A stretch of DNA of 64,000 nucleotides, taken from assembly GCF_030384885.1 (NCBI RefSeq), contig NZ_CP128613.1; one strand, 5' to 3'. The notes under the pieces were generated by a model. It saw nothing but the letters and a program-made list of their open reading frames with translations, did no database searches and was not told the DNA's origin. Of this stretch, positions 25,169 to 35,279 are shown one piece after another. A program made the position numbers and the translations under genes. How positions within the stretch are numbered: position 1 is the stretch's first letter; every line of letters starts with the position of its first letter. Source of the DNA: Escherichia coli (GTDB lineage Bacteria; Pseudomonadota; Gammaproteobacteria; Enterobacterales; Enterobacteriaceae).

Positions 25169-26581
25169 ATGTCACTCAGTCGGCGTCAGTTCATTCAGGC
25201 ATCGGGGATTGCACTTTGTGCAGGCGCTGTTCCCCTGAAGGCCAGCGCAGCCGGGCAACAGCAACCGCTACCCGTTCCGCCGCTGCTTGAATCTCGCCGT
25301 GGGCAACCGCTGTTTATGACTGTACAACGTGCGCACTGGTCATTTACGCCAGGAACGCGCGCATCGGTCTGGGGAATCAATGGTCGTTACCTGGGGCCGA
25401 CTATCCGCGTCTGGAAGGGCGATGATGTTAAGCTGATCTACAGTAACCGCCTGACAGAAAATGTCTCAATGACGGTGTCTGGTTTACAGGTGCCTGGCCC
25501 GCTGATGGGCGGTCCGGCACGGATGATGTCGCCAAACGCTGACTGGGCACCCGTATTACCCATTCGCCAGAACGCAGCGACATTGTGGTATCACGCTAAT
25601 ACCCCCAATCGCACGGCTCAGCAGGTCTATAATGGCCTTGCCGGAATGTGGCTGGTGGAAGATGAAGTCAGCAAGTCGCTGCCTATCCCCAACCATTATG
25701 GTGTGGATGATTTTCCGGTCATTATCCAGGATAAACGGCTGGATAACTTTGGTACGCCAGAATACAACGAACCGGGAAGCGGCGGCTTTGTTGGAGATAC
25801 GCTGCTGGTCAACGGTGTACAAAGCCCGTACGTTGAAGTCTCGCGTGGCTGGGTGCGCTTGCGACTGCTGAACGCGTCGAACTCTCGTCGCTATCAACTG
25901 CAGATGAGCGATGGTCGCCCGTTACATGTGATTTCTGGCGATCAGGGATTCTTGCCTGCTCCTGTATCGGTGAAGCAACTTTCGCTGGCACCGGGCGAGC
26001 GCCGCGAGATTCTGGTGGATATGAGCAACGGTGATGAAGTGTCGATCACCTGTGGCGAAGCGGCGAGCATTGTTGATCGTATTCGTGGCTTCTTTGAGCC
26101 ATCCAGCATTCTGGTTTCTACGCTGGTGCTCACGTTGCGCCCTACCGGGCTACTGCCGCTGGTTACTGACAGCCTGCCGATGCGCCTGCTGCCAACTGAA
26201 ATTATGGCCGGTTCGCCGATTCGCAGTCGCGATATCAGTCTGGGTGATGACCCGGGTATCAATGGGCAGCTGTGGGACGTCAACCGTATTGATGTCACCG
26301 CGCAGCAAGGAACGTGGGAACGCTGGACGGTACGCGCGGACGAGCCGCAAGCGTTCCATATTGAAGGCGTGATGTTCCAGATCCGTAACGTGAATGGCGC
26401 GATGCCGTTCCCGGAAGACAGAGGCTGGAAAGATACCGTTTGGGTTGACGGACAAGTGGAGCTGCTTGTTTATTTCGGTCAGCCTTCCTGGGCGCACTTT
26501 CCGTTCTACTTCAACAGTCAGACGCTGGAAATGGCGGACCGTGGCTCGATTGGGCAACTGTTGGTCAATCCGGTACCGTAA
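25169..26581 (+). CDS. ftsP: Cell division protein FtsP (SufI), multicopper-oxidase fold, Tat-exported
   Basis: 470 aa; twin-arginine signal SRRQFIQASGIALCAGA. Confidence 0.95.
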   Translation: MSLSRRQFIQASGIALCAGAVPLKASAAGQQQPLPVPPLLESRRGQPLFMTVQRAHWSFTPGTRASVWGINGRYLGPTIRVWKGDDVKLIYSNRLTENVSMTVSGLQVPGPLMGGPARMMSPNADWAPVLPIRQNAATLWYHANTPNRTAQQVYNGLAGMWLVEDEVSKSLPIPNHYGVDDFPVIIQDKRLDNFGTPEYNEPGSGGFVGDTLLVNGVQSPYVEVSRGWVRLRLLNASNSRRYQLQMSDGRPLHVISGDQGFLPAPVSVKQLSLAPGERREILVDMSNGDEVSITCGEAASIVDRIRGFFEPSSILVSTLVLTLRPTGLLPLVTDSLPMRLLPTEIMAGSPIRSRDISLGDDPGINGQLWDVNRIDVTAQQGTWERWTVRADEPQAFHIEGVMFQIRNVNGAMPFPEDRGWKDTVWVDGQVELLVYFGQPSWAHFPFYFNSQTLEMADRGSIGQLLVNPVP

Positions 26582-26631
26582 TGGACCAATTCAATGCCCC
26601 ACAGAGTGGTGGGGCGATACAAGGATGAATC

Positions 26632-28056
26632 ATGGATGGCATGGGATGGATGATTATTTTGGTACTTCCCTTTCTTTGGATGGGCTATGGACTGGCGTTG
26701 TTAATCATAACGGGGTGCGCTTTTGAATCTAAGAGGATTCGTCGCGTTCTGCTATGGGGTGTTGCGCCCCAGTTTATTATTCTTTGTATTACGACCTTAT
26801 TGCTTTATTGGATTAACTCTCGGTTAATTTATGTTTTTGTCTTTTTTCAGCCGGTTTTATGCATCACTACGGCAATTTTTTTGTTTGCTGGTAAAAAAAC
26901 ACAATATTCCAGATTGCTGTTTACTCTGTCTCATGTGATTTTTCTCGCTGGAGTTTTATATCAGGGGCATAGGGAAAATCTGCAACACATAATTAATAGC
27001 GACTGGAAGGAATATAAAATAACGCGTTTATTTGAGCAAGTGCAGGACAATGGAGCGCATGCGCTGAATAACGATGTAACTTGTTCAGAATTAATGCAAC
27101 TACTCACCCTGGCAGCGGAACGTGATGACGTCAAAGAAGAGACGTTACGTACTCTTATTGCAAAGAGAGTATCGCCATTTCTGACAATGTCAGATAACTG
27201 TACGGGTGAGGATTCAGTAGAGATTTATTCTGTAGATACTACACCTTTTATGGCGGCTATTCAGAATCATAATATACATTCTGTTCGTTTTTTTAGTCAA
27301 TTGCTTATGGGAAACTCACCAAAAGCAAAAAATAATCGTGACATTGTGCGCCGGGCAAACCCTTTGATCGAAGTGTATAAATATAGTCATGGTTCAAAAA
27401 AACAACGTAACTCAGGGTTAGAAATAAGTAAGCAATTAATCGCTATTATGCCAGAACTATTAACAGATGCCGTCTGGCGTGCCGTGCTCAATGTATATGA
27501 TGCCGATGCAGCACGATGGTTCTGGCGTAAGCAACCACCAGAAAATCGGTTGTATCGCTTAAAGGCTATGGCATTAATACCACAAACAGATGCGCTGTTG
27601 GCAGAGATTCGACATACTCCAGAGGTACTGAATATCTCGTCTGAGGGGGACCTGAATGAAGAGGAGTTTCTCCATTTCTTAATTTATGGAGGAGATACCG
27701 CTGTAATACATGCACTGGTTGAAAAAGGAATAGTTAACTGGCAGCACCTTATGAACATTGAGGGGTTTGATAAGGACCCCTTAATATGGTCTATTTCAAA
27801 ACTGGGAGAAAACGACAATGACCGGGAGGTTTTGGCATTAATTATTCATGATATTAATGCGCAAAACGCACTGCCGGAGGAACGCATTGCCAAATATTTA
27901 ACGTGGACGGGAGCAATGGGCGAGATTTTTTTAAAGGCGGGCGTACATTGTGATAAGTTATATGCGGCAATTGAGTCCGACAAAAAGCGAAATAATGGCA
28001 TGTATAGTCAAAACGCCAGGGAAGAAGTGGATCGCGTATGTACGCCCACAAAATAG
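26632..28056 (+). CDS. Accessory membrane-anchored ankyrin-repeat protein (about 4 N-terminal TM helices plus a roughly 370-aa soluble domain); function unknown
   Basis: 474-aa ORF; RBS aagga 6 nt upstream of the ATG. Hydrophobic segments at roughly residues 6-30, 39-62, 65-86 and 95-110. C-terminal ankyrin-like repeats (EFLHFLIYGGDTAVIHALVEKGIVNWQ; DPLIWSISKLGEN...VLALIIHDINAQNA). Markedly AT-rich by eye. Not part of the K-12 ftsP-ygiQ junction as I recall it. Confidence 0.75.
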   Translation: MDGMGWMIILVLPFLWMGYGLALLIITGCAFESKRIRRVLLWGVAPQFIILCITTLLLYWINSRLIYVFVFFQPVLCITTAIFLFAGKKTQYSRLLFTLSHVIFLAGVLYQGHRENLQHIINSDWKEYKITRLFEQVQDNGAHALNNDVTCSELMQLLTLAAERDDVKEETLRTLIAKRVSPFLTMSDNCTGEDSVEIYSVDTTPFMAAIQNHNIHSVRFFSQLLMGNSPKAKNNRDIVRRANPLIEVYKYSHGSKKQRNSGLEISKQLIAIMPELLTDAVWRAVLNVYDADAARWFWRKQPPENRLYRLKAMALIPQTDALLAEIRHTPEVLNISSEGDLNEEEFLHFLIYGGDTAVIHALVEKGIVNWQHLMNIEGFDKDPLIWSISKLGENDNDREVLALIIHDINAQNALPEERIAKYLTWTGAMGEIFLKAGVHCDKLYAAIESDKKRNNGMYSQNAREEVDRVCTPTK

Positions 28057-28185
28057 GAGCAGTTTGGGGCGGTTAAGGGATAAAAAATAAATGCCTTTCG
28101 CTATCTGTCAGGGCGAATCTCACCATTTGCTATACCTTCCATTGGCGATGAACAGTATTCTACCCGCACTTTTTTTACGATTGCG

Positions 28186-28992
28186 TTGAAGCATTACAAC
28201 GCCCGCGCCATCCGCGCGTTTAGCCGCTTTCTGCAAGGAAATTCCTCAAAAGCGCAGGAATATCGCGCGATTGTTCATCAAAAAAATCCACTGCAGCAGA
28301 TGTACCGGGGAATAAGTTTGCCAATTCGTTTTAGTGAAGAAGAGATCGCCCGCCACATTGTTGCCGCTCGCGAGATAAGCCTCACCTTGCTGCCCCTGAT
28401 GCCAGAATTATTAAACGAAGAGGCGTATGCAAATGTCATTGATGCTAATGACAGCGCAACGCTGAAGGCTTTTTGGCAGATCCAGCTGCCGCCCACGCCG
28501 GTTTTACGCCTGGAAGCGATGTCGGTAATTCCCATGACAGCGGCACTGGTTCAACAGGTGAGGGAGTCACCAAAGCGGCTTGAACTGGAAGATAAAAGTG
28601 GCAGGACAGTACTAACTTACATCGTGCGCTTTGGGAATATTGCCGCAGTACAGGCACTGATTGACGCTAATCTGATCGACTGGCAACGGCTCCGCCAATC
28701 GACAGGAAGGTCAACACCATTATTACTGGCGATCTGGCGACAAAAATACGACGATGATTATGTAATCTTCCCATTGATTTTAAAGGACATGCTGGCAAAA
28801 AATGCGCCACCCTCAGCAGAGGAAATAATGAACTGCATTAAGGATGGTATGACCGCAGATGATTTTTTATCTGCCGGAATGAGCAACACGCAATTCTGTT
28901 CTGCGATTGAACAAAGCCTCCAGGCGAAAACGTCAGTATTACCGGCGAATCGATTACGCCATCTGCAATCCTCGCGGTGTGCAAAGCTGTAA
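28186..28992 (+). CDS. 5'-truncated paralog of the preceding ankyrin-repeat protein (soluble domain only); may be a gene remnant or pseudogene
   Basis: 268-aa ORF starting at a TTG with no obvious RBS. Aligns along its whole length to residues about 205-460 of the upstream protein (RAFSRFLQGNSSKAQ vs RFFSQLLMGNSPKAK; VLRLEAMSVIPMTAALVQQVRESPK vs RLYRLKAMALIPQTDALLAEIRHTPE; GRTVLTYIVRFGNIAAVQALIDANLIDWQ vs EEFLHFLIYGGDTAVIHALVEKGIVNWQ). In-frame homology continues upstream of the TTG back to a stop at about 28081. Confidence 0.55.
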   Translation: MKHYNARAIRAFSRFLQGNSSKAQEYRAIVHQKNPLQQMYRGISLPIRFSEEEIARHIVAAREISLTLLPLMPELLNEEAYANVIDANDSATLKAFWQIQLPPTPVLRLEAMSVIPMTAALVQQVRESPKRLELEDKSGRTVLTYIVRFGNIAAVQALIDANLIDWQRLRQSTGRSTPLLLAIWRQKYDDDYVIFPLILKDMLAKNAPPSAEEIMNCIKDGMTADDFLSAGMSNTQFCSAIEQSLQAKTSVLPANRLRHLQSSRCAKL

Positions 28993-29107
28993 CCAACCGG
29001 AAGTTAAGTCATCCGCTGAAAACATCGCATTAACTTTTCGATTTCTCTTTCGTTCCGGCTTATAATCCCCGGCCTTTGATTATTTTTTTATCATTTCTGG
29101 AAGCAAA

Positions 29108-31327
29108 ATGAGCTCTATCTCCCTGATCCAACCGGATCGCGACCTGTTCTCCTGGCCGCAGTACTGGGCCGCCTGTTTTGGACCGGCACCGTTTTTGCCG
29201 ATGTCTCGTGAAGAGATGGATCAACTTGGCTGGGATAGCTGCGACATCATTTTGGTTACTGGCGACGCGTATGTCGATCACCCAAGCTTCGGGATGGCGA
29301 TTTGCGGTCGTATGCTTGAAGCGCAGGGCTTTCGCGTCGGGATCATCGCCCAGCCAGACTGGAGCAGCAAAGACGATTTCATGCGTCTGGGTAAACCGAA
29401 TCTGTTTTTCGGTGTTACTGCTGGCAACATGGACTCGATGATCAACCGCTATACCGCCGATCGCCGTTTACGTCATGACGATGCCTACACACCGGATAAC
29501 GTCGCGGGTAAGCGCCCGGATCGCGCCACCCTGGTTTATACCCAACGCTGTAAAGAGGCGTGGAAAGATGTGCCGGTGATCCTCGGCGGTATTGAGGCTA
29601 GTTTGCGTCGTACCGCGCATTATGATTACTGGTCTGATACCGTGCGCCGTTCCGTGCTGGTGGATTCCAAAGCCGACATGCTGATGTTCGGTAACGGTGA
29701 GCGTCCGCTGGTGGAAGTGGCGCATCGTCTGGCGATGGGTGAGCCGATTAGTGAAATCCGCGATGTGCGTAATACCGCGATTATCGTAAAAGAGGCGTTG
29801 CCAGGCTGGAGCGGTGTGGATTCCACCCGTCTTGATACTCCTGGGAAAATCGACCCGATCCCGCATCCGTATGGTGAAGATTTGCCGTGCGCGGATAACA
29901 AACCGGTGGCCCCGAAAAAGCAGGAAGCGAAAGCCGTAACCGTGCAGCCACCGCGCCCGAAACCGTGGGAAAAAACTTACGTATTGCTGCCTTCTTTCGA
30001 GAAAGTGAAGGGCGATAAAGTGCTGTACGCTCATGCTTCGCGTATTCTGCACCATGAAACCAACCCAGGCTGCGCGCGTGCGCTGATGCAAAAACATGGC
30101 GACCGCTATGTATGGATCAACCCGCCTGCCATCCCGCTTTCTACCGAAGAGATGGACAGCGTCTTTGCGCTGCCGTACAAGCGCGTGCCGCATCCGGCTT
30201 ACGGTAATGCCCGAATTCCGGCTTACGAAATGATCCGTTTCTCGGTCAACATTATGCGCGGCTGCTTTGGCGGCTGCTCTTTCTGCTCTATTACCGAGCA
30301 TGAAGGTCGCATTATTCAGAGCCGTTCGGAAGATTCGATCATCAACGAGATTGAAGCGATCCGCGACACCGTGCCAGGCTTTACGGGCGTGATTTCCGAT
30401 CTCGGTGGGCCAACTGCCAACATGTATATGTTGCGCTGCAAATCGCCGCGCGCCGAGCAGACTTGCCGCCGTTTATCGTGCGTTTACCCGGATATTTGTC
30501 CTCATATGGACACTAACCACGAACCGACGATCAACCTCTATCGCCGCGCGCGTGATCTGAAAGGCATTAAAAAGATCCTCATCGCTTCCGGCGTGCGTTA
30601 TGACATCGCCGTGGAAGATCCGCGCTATATCAAAGAGCTGGCGACCCATCACGTTGGCGGTTATCTGAAGATTGCCCCGGAACATACCGAAGAAGGGCCG
30701 TTATCGAAGATGATGAAGCCGGGCATGGGCAGCTATGACCGCTTTAAAGAGCTGTTCGATACTTACTCGAAACAGGCAGGTAAAGAGCAATATCTGATCC
30801 CGTATTTCATCTCCGCACACCCCGGTACGCGTGATGAAGATATGGTGAATCTGGCGCTGTGGCTGAAAAAGCATCGCTTCCGTCTCGACCAGGTACAGAA
30901 CTTCTACCCGTCGCCGTTGGCTAACTCCACCACCATGTATTACACCGGGAAAAACCCGCTGGCGAAGATTGGTTACAAGAGTGAAGACGTCTTCGTACCG
31001 AAGGGCGACAAACAGCGTCGTTTGCATAAAGCGTTGTTGCGTTACCACGATCCGGCAAACTGGCCGTTAATCCGTCAGGCGCTGGAAGCGATGGGTAAAA
31101 AGCATCTGATTGGCAGCCGTCGTGATTGCTTAGTGCCTGCGCCAACCATTGAAGAGATGCGCGAAGCCCGCCGTCAGAACCGCAATACCCGTCCGGCGTT
31201 GACTAAACATACGCCGATGGCGACCCAGCGTCAGACACCTGCTACGGCAAAAAAAGCGTCGTCTACGCCATCTCGCCCGGTGAATGCTGGCGCGAAGAAA
31301 CGCCCTAAAGCGGTGGCAGGTCGTTAA
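29108..31327 (+). CDS. ygiQ: Radical SAM protein YgiQ (UPF0313 family)
   Basis: 739 aa; Cys motif CFGGCSFCS; basic, Pro/Ala-rich C-terminal tail. Confidence 0.93.
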   Translation: MSSISLIQPDRDLFSWPQYWAACFGPAPFLPMSREEMDQLGWDSCDIILVTGDAYVDHPSFGMAICGRMLEAQGFRVGIIAQPDWSSKDDFMRLGKPNLFFGVTAGNMDSMINRYTADRRLRHDDAYTPDNVAGKRPDRATLVYTQRCKEAWKDVPVILGGIEASLRRTAHYDYWSDTVRRSVLVDSKADMLMFGNGERPLVEVAHRLAMGEPISEIRDVRNTAIIVKEALPGWSGVDSTRLDTPGKIDPIPHPYGEDLPCADNKPVAPKKQEAKAVTVQPPRPKPWEKTYVLLPSFEKVKGDKVLYAHASRILHHETNPGCARALMQKHGDRYVWINPPAIPLSTEEMDSVFALPYKRVPHPAYGNARIPAYEMIRFSVNIMRGCFGGCSFCSITEHEGRIIQSRSEDSIINEIEAIRDTVPGFTGVISDLGGPTANMYMLRCKSPRAEQTCRRLSCVYPDICPHMDTNHEPTINLYRRARDLKGIKKILIASGVRYDIAVEDPRYIKELATHHVGGYLKIAPEHTEEGPLSKMMKPGMGSYDRFKELFDTYSKQAGKEQYLIPYFISAHPGTRDEDMVNLALWLKKHRFRLDQVQNFYPSPLANSTTMYYTGKNPLAKIGYKSEDVFVPKGDKQRRLHKALLRYHDPANWPLIRQALEAMGKKHLIGSRRDCLVPAPTIEEMREARRQNRNTRPALTKHTPMATQRQTPATAKKASSTPSRPVNAGAKKRPKAVAGR

Positions 31328-31329
31328 GT

Positions 31330-31365
31330 GAAATGTGCCCGGCAGCAATGATGCTGCCGGGAAAT
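31330..31365. terminator. Hairpin between ygiQ and the convergent Lpp-like gene
   Basis: cccggcagc aatgat gctgccggg inverted repeat followed by an AT tract. Confidence 0.45.
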
Positions 31366-31596
31366 TTATAACCTTGGTTTATAAGGACTGTTACGAACGT
31401 CTAAGCGGTAATGCGCTCTTGCTGTTTCGTCTTTAACTTGCTGAATTTCCGGACGCAGGGCGTCAATATCCTGTTGCAGTTGATTAATTTTGTTATTCAA
31501 TGCCTGAATATCATGTTCCAGGTGTTCAATTTTGGCATTGCTGGTACAGCCAGCAAGACACAGCGCCAGCGGAATGGATAAGATAAGTTTGTTCAT
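31366..31596 (-). CDS. Lpp-family small outer-membrane lipoprotein paralog (about 76 aa)
   Basis: Internal Met of ORF 31366..31647 gives MNKLILSIPLALCLAGC (lipobox) followed by a coiled-coil region resembling Lpp and YqhH (AKIEHLEHDIQALNNKINQLQQDIDALRPEIQQVKDE). Confidence 0.7.
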   Translation of the reverse strand: MNKLILSIPLALCLAGCTSNAKIEHLEHDIQALNNKINQLQQDIDALRPEIQQVKDETARAHYRLDVRNSPYKPRL

Positions 31597-31613
31597 TATG
31601 AATTCCAGAACCG

Positions 31614-31871
31614 TCATTCCGCATACATACGTAAGCAGCGCAGGCAATCGAAATAGTCCTGGGCGTCAAGGCGCGTATTGGCTCTGTTAGCTTCGGATTT
31701 TGCCGCATAGATTTGCGGGCGTAATGCTTTCATATCCTGCTCAAGTCGGGCAATTTTGGCATTTAACGTCTGTACGTTGCTCGCCAGCTGATTGACCTTT
31801 TGCTCATTGACGCAGCCGCTGAGCAAGCAGGTTGCCAGAACAACAGCCCCCACGGTGAAAATCGTTTTCAT
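31614..31871 (-). CDS. yqhH: Lpp-family lipoprotein YqhH
   Basis: 85 aa, [20 protein letters not shown] lipobox; coiled-coil Lpp-like sequence. Confidence 0.88.
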
Positions 31872-31921
31872 ATAGTATTCCCTTTTATTTATTGTTCCGA
31901 CTAATTGTTATTTTATTCAGC

Positions 31922-32848
31922 TCATTGCTTTAATCTGGCGGCGGTTTTCACCTCAATCTGTTTAAGTAGGCTGCCGCTGTTTGGACGGATAAAATCAGCG
32001 ATTTCCCACTTACCTTCGCGCCGCTGTAAAATCAATTCTTGCTCTTCGTTGTTGCCATTGGTCAGCGTAAAACGAACATGAATGCGGGCGGAATCGGCGG
32101 TTTTCTCCAGGACTCGAATTTCATCAACGCGTGAAAATAGCGACTCTTCGCCAAAACAGATCGGATTGTCGTAAATAAATTGCCGTTCTATTTGCATATC
32201 CTCATCGGGATTGTTGGCAGTCTTGAAGGTGGTTTTATAGAAGGCATTGACCGCCTGGCGGTAAGAGTCGGAAACCACCCACGTCCACGGCCAGCTATAA
32301 TCAGCAATATGTTCAAAGAGTTCGGCAACAAAGGCTTCCGGCTGTTCTTTTTGCAACGAAGCTATAGCGGCCAGCGTTTTTTCATTCTCGCTATTAACTG
32401 CTTGTAAGACGCTGCCATGATTGCTGACAATATCGTCAATGACCCAACGACCATTTTCCGCCACCATTTTCAGTGTCTGCGTGGTCTTTTCTTTATCGTC
32501 TTTAAAGATACGAAAGCGCACAACGGCATCGGCATGATCGGCGTCAGGTTGGGTTATCGCTACGCTTTCTAACACCAGATCGCCAAAATCCTGACAATCA
32601 CAAACCGGATCATAATCCAGCCAGCCAATATTGCCCGGCAGCGTAAGATTGTCGTTCAGGGTAAGCGCCTGTTGAATACGCGCAGAAGTTATCGCTCGCT
32701 CTCCGGTTTCACCAAAATAAGGCGTACTGGCATCTGATTTATAGTTCTGATAAATCTGCCGGACTGTTTGTTCTACGGTCTGTGAGGGAGGCTGTGCGTG
32801 TACGGTAAAACTTGCCAGGGCTGCTAAAAACAGAAGTATTATTTTCAT
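31922..32848 (-). CDS. yqhG: Periplasmic DUF3828 protein YqhG
   Basis: 308 aa with signal peptide; synteny. Confidence 0.88.
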   Translation of the reverse strand: MKIILLFLAALASFTVHAQPPSQTVEQTVRQIYQNYKSDASTPYFGETGERAITSARIQQALTLNDNLTLPGNIGWLDYDPVCDCQDFGDLVLESVAITQPDADHADAVVRFRIFKDDKEKTTQTLKMVAENGRWVIDDIVSNHGSVLQAVNSENEKTLAAIASLQKEQPEAFVAELFEHIADYSWPWTWVVSDSYRQAVNAFYKTTFKTANNPDEDMQIERQFIYDNPICFGEESLFSRVDEIRVLEKTADSARIHVRFTLTNGNNEEQELILQRREGKWEIADFIRPNSGSLLKQIEVKTAARLKQ

Positions 32849-33047
32849 CTGTTTTTCACCTCTCCGTTGCGTTCATCCCGGGTGTAGATGAATTGTTCCT
32901 TTAAGAGCTTCCGGCTCTGCATGATGATGCCCTTATATTTGGCGTTCCTGAACAAGGAAGAGTAACAATGGGCGTGACGCGAGGGGAATAAATGATTTCT
33001 GAAAAGTCCGGTAGCGGAACATTACCGCCACCGGAAGAATTTGCGCG

Positions 33048-33875
33048 TTAGCCGCCGAACTGGTCGGGATCGGGGCCGAGGCGTTTGCCCTGGTCGAGTT
33101 TGGCAATTTCACCTAGCTCGTCTTTGTCGAGACGGAAATCCCAGACATCAAAGTTTTCGGCAATACGTGAAGGTGTGACCGATTTCGGGATCACCACCAG
33201 GCCGTTATCCAGATGCCAGCGGATAACAATCTGCGCCGGGGTTTTGCCGTATTTATCTGCCAGATCGCGAATGACTTTCTGATCGAAAACGCCTTTCCCA
33301 CCTTGCGCTAATGGGCTCCAGGATTCGGTCTGGATTTTGTGTGTCGCGTTCCAGGCGTGAAGCTGGCGTTGCTGCATCAGCGGGTGGAGTTCAATCTGGT
33401 TTATCACCGGCGTCACGCCAGTTTCATCAATCAGGCGTTGCAGGTGGTGGATCTGGAAGTTGCACACGCCGATGCTTTTGATTAAGCCCTCTTTTTGCAA
33501 TTCGATCATGCCCTTCCATGCTTCGACATAATGGTCGATAGCAGGAACGGGCCAGTGCATTAAGTAAAGGTCGACATAATCAAGCTGGAGTTTTTTCAGG
33601 CTGTCGAGCAGGGCTTCGCGGGGGCGCTTGTGGTCGTCGTTCCAAAGTTTAGTGGTGATGAACAGTTCTTCTCTGTTAACTGAGGCATTTTTCAGGGCTT
33701 TGCCGACACCTTCTTCGTTCTTATAGGCCGCGGCGGTATCAATCGAGCGATAACCCACGTCTAACGCTTTTTGAATGGCAGTGATTACTTCCTCATTACT
33801 TGCTTGCCAGACGCCCAGTCCCAACTGGGGCATGACATTGCCATCCTGTAGCTTAATAACGGTTGGATTAGCCAT
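33048..33875 (-). CDS. dkgA: Aldo-keto reductase DkgA (2,5-diketo-D-gluconate reductase A)
   Basis: 275 aa; AKR motifs; downstream of yqhD. Confidence 0.93.
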   Translation of the reverse strand: MANPTVIKLQDGNVMPQLGLGVWQASNEEVITAIQKALDVGYRSIDTAAAYKNEEGVGKALKNASVNREELFITTKLWNDDHKRPREALLDSLKKLQLDYVDLYLMHWPVPAIDHYVEAWKGMIELQKEGLIKSIGVCNFQIHHLQRLIDETGVTPVINQIELHPLMQQRQLHAWNATHKIQTESWSPLAQGGKGVFDQKVIRDLADKYGKTPAQIVIRWHLDNGLVVIPKSVTPSRIAENFDVWDFRLDKDELGEIAKLDQGKRLGPDPDQFGG

Positions 33876-33979
33876 ACGTTCCTCCTTTATATGAACTCAC
33901 CGGAGCAGGCTCCGGTGAGGTGTTGTGAACTTAAGTCTGGACGAAATGCCCGAAAACGAAAGTTTGAGGCGTAAAAAGC

Positions 33980-35143
33980 TTAGCGGGCGGCTTCGTATAT
34001 GCGGCGGCTGACATCCAGCGTAATGTCATGATTTTCGCCCAGTTGGGTCATACCGTGCTCTTCCAGTTTTTTCAACAAAGCCGGGATGGAGCTGCCGTCC
34101 AGACCGTAGTCGGAGAGGTGGGTCGGCACGCCTAATTGCTCAAAGAAATTGCGGGTTGCGGCAATCGCGGCGTCAATACGCTCATCGTCAGAACCTTCTG
34201 TGATGTTCCAGACGCGTTCAGCATATTGCAGCAGTTTAGCGCGTTTAGTGTCGCGTTTCTCATTCCACAGTGCAGGCAGGACGATAGCCAGCGTTTGCGC
34301 GTGATCCAGACCGTGCATCGCAGTCAGTTCGTGGCCCAGCATATGCGTTGCCCAATCCTGGGGTACACCTGCGCCAATTAAACCGTTCAGCGCCTGAGTC
34401 GCCGCCCACATAACGTTGGCGCGTACATCGTAGTTTTCTGGCTCTTTCAGGGCTTTCGGACCATCTTCGATCAGCGTCAGCAAAATGCCTTCTGCGAAAC
34501 GGTCCTGAATTTTGGCATCAACCGGTTTGGTAACATACTGTTCCACGGTGTGCACAAAGGCATCCACTACACCGTTAGCCACCTGACGCGGCGGCAGAGT
34601 GTAGGTATAAACCGGATCGAGCACGGCAAATACCGGCTGAACATGGGCAGAATGGAACGCCTGCTTGTCGCCTGTAGTTTTACGGGAGATGACCGCACCT
34701 GCGTTGGATTCTGAACCGGTCGCTGGCAGCGTCAGCACACAGCCCATCGGGATAGCGCTTTTAATCTCTTTACCGCCCGTTTGCAGAATGTGCCACGGAT
34801 CGATATTTTCTGGATAGTTAGCCGCCGCAGCGATAAATTTGGTGCCGTCCAGTACAGAACCGCCGCCAACCGCCAGCAGGAAGGTTACTTTCTGTTCGCG
34901 AACCAGTTTCACGGCGTTCATCAGCGTTTCATAAGCCGGGTTTGGCTCAATACCGCCAAATTCCAGCACGTCCATGCCTTTCAGGGCATCCAGAACTTGA
35001 TCGAGAACGCCGGTTTTTTTCACGCTGCCGCCGCCGTAGGTAATCAATACGCGAGCATCGTGAGGAATTTGTTCGCGTAAACCAGCGATTGCGCCTTTAC
35101 CAAAAAGAATGCGGGTTGGGGTGTGCAGATTAAAGTTGTTCAT
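33980..35143 (-). CDS. yqhD: NADPH-dependent aldehyde reductase YqhD (iron-containing alcohol dehydrogenase family)
   Basis: 387 aa from the internal Met [21 protein letters not shown] motif. Confidence 0.94.
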   Translation of the reverse strand: MNNFNLHTPTRILFGKGAIAGLREQIPHDARVLITYGGGSVKKTGVLDQVLDALKGMDVLEFGGIEPNPAYETLMNAVKLVREQKVTFLLAVGGGSVLDGTKFIAAAANYPENIDPWHILQTGGKEIKSAIPMGCVLTLPATGSESNAGAVISRKTTGDKQAFHSAHVQPVFAVLDPVYTYTLPPRQVANGVVDAFVHTVEQYVTKPVDAKIQDRFAEGILLTLIEDGPKALKEPENYDVRANVMWAATQALNGLIGAGVPQDWATHMLGHELTAMHGLDHAQTLAIVLPALWNEKRDTKRAKLLQYAERVWNITEGSDDERIDAAIAATRNFFEQLGVPTHLSDYGLDGSSIPALLKKLEEHGMTQLGENHDITLDVSRRIYEAAR

Positions 35144-35279
35144 TACTTGCTCCCTTTGCTGGGTCAATATGAGGGCAGAGATCGGTCTGCCTGATGTTTT
35201 TCATTGTGGTCGCCAGCGCCGTACCTCTCAATGCTCATTTCTGCCAATGTCTTGCCTATTTCTCCAGAGTGCTGGAGAA

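Noticed and set aside
26394-26726. 110-aa ORF spanning the ftsP 3' end and the start of the ankyrin-protein gene
   Set aside because: Overlaps two better-supported genes in a different frame; no independent support.
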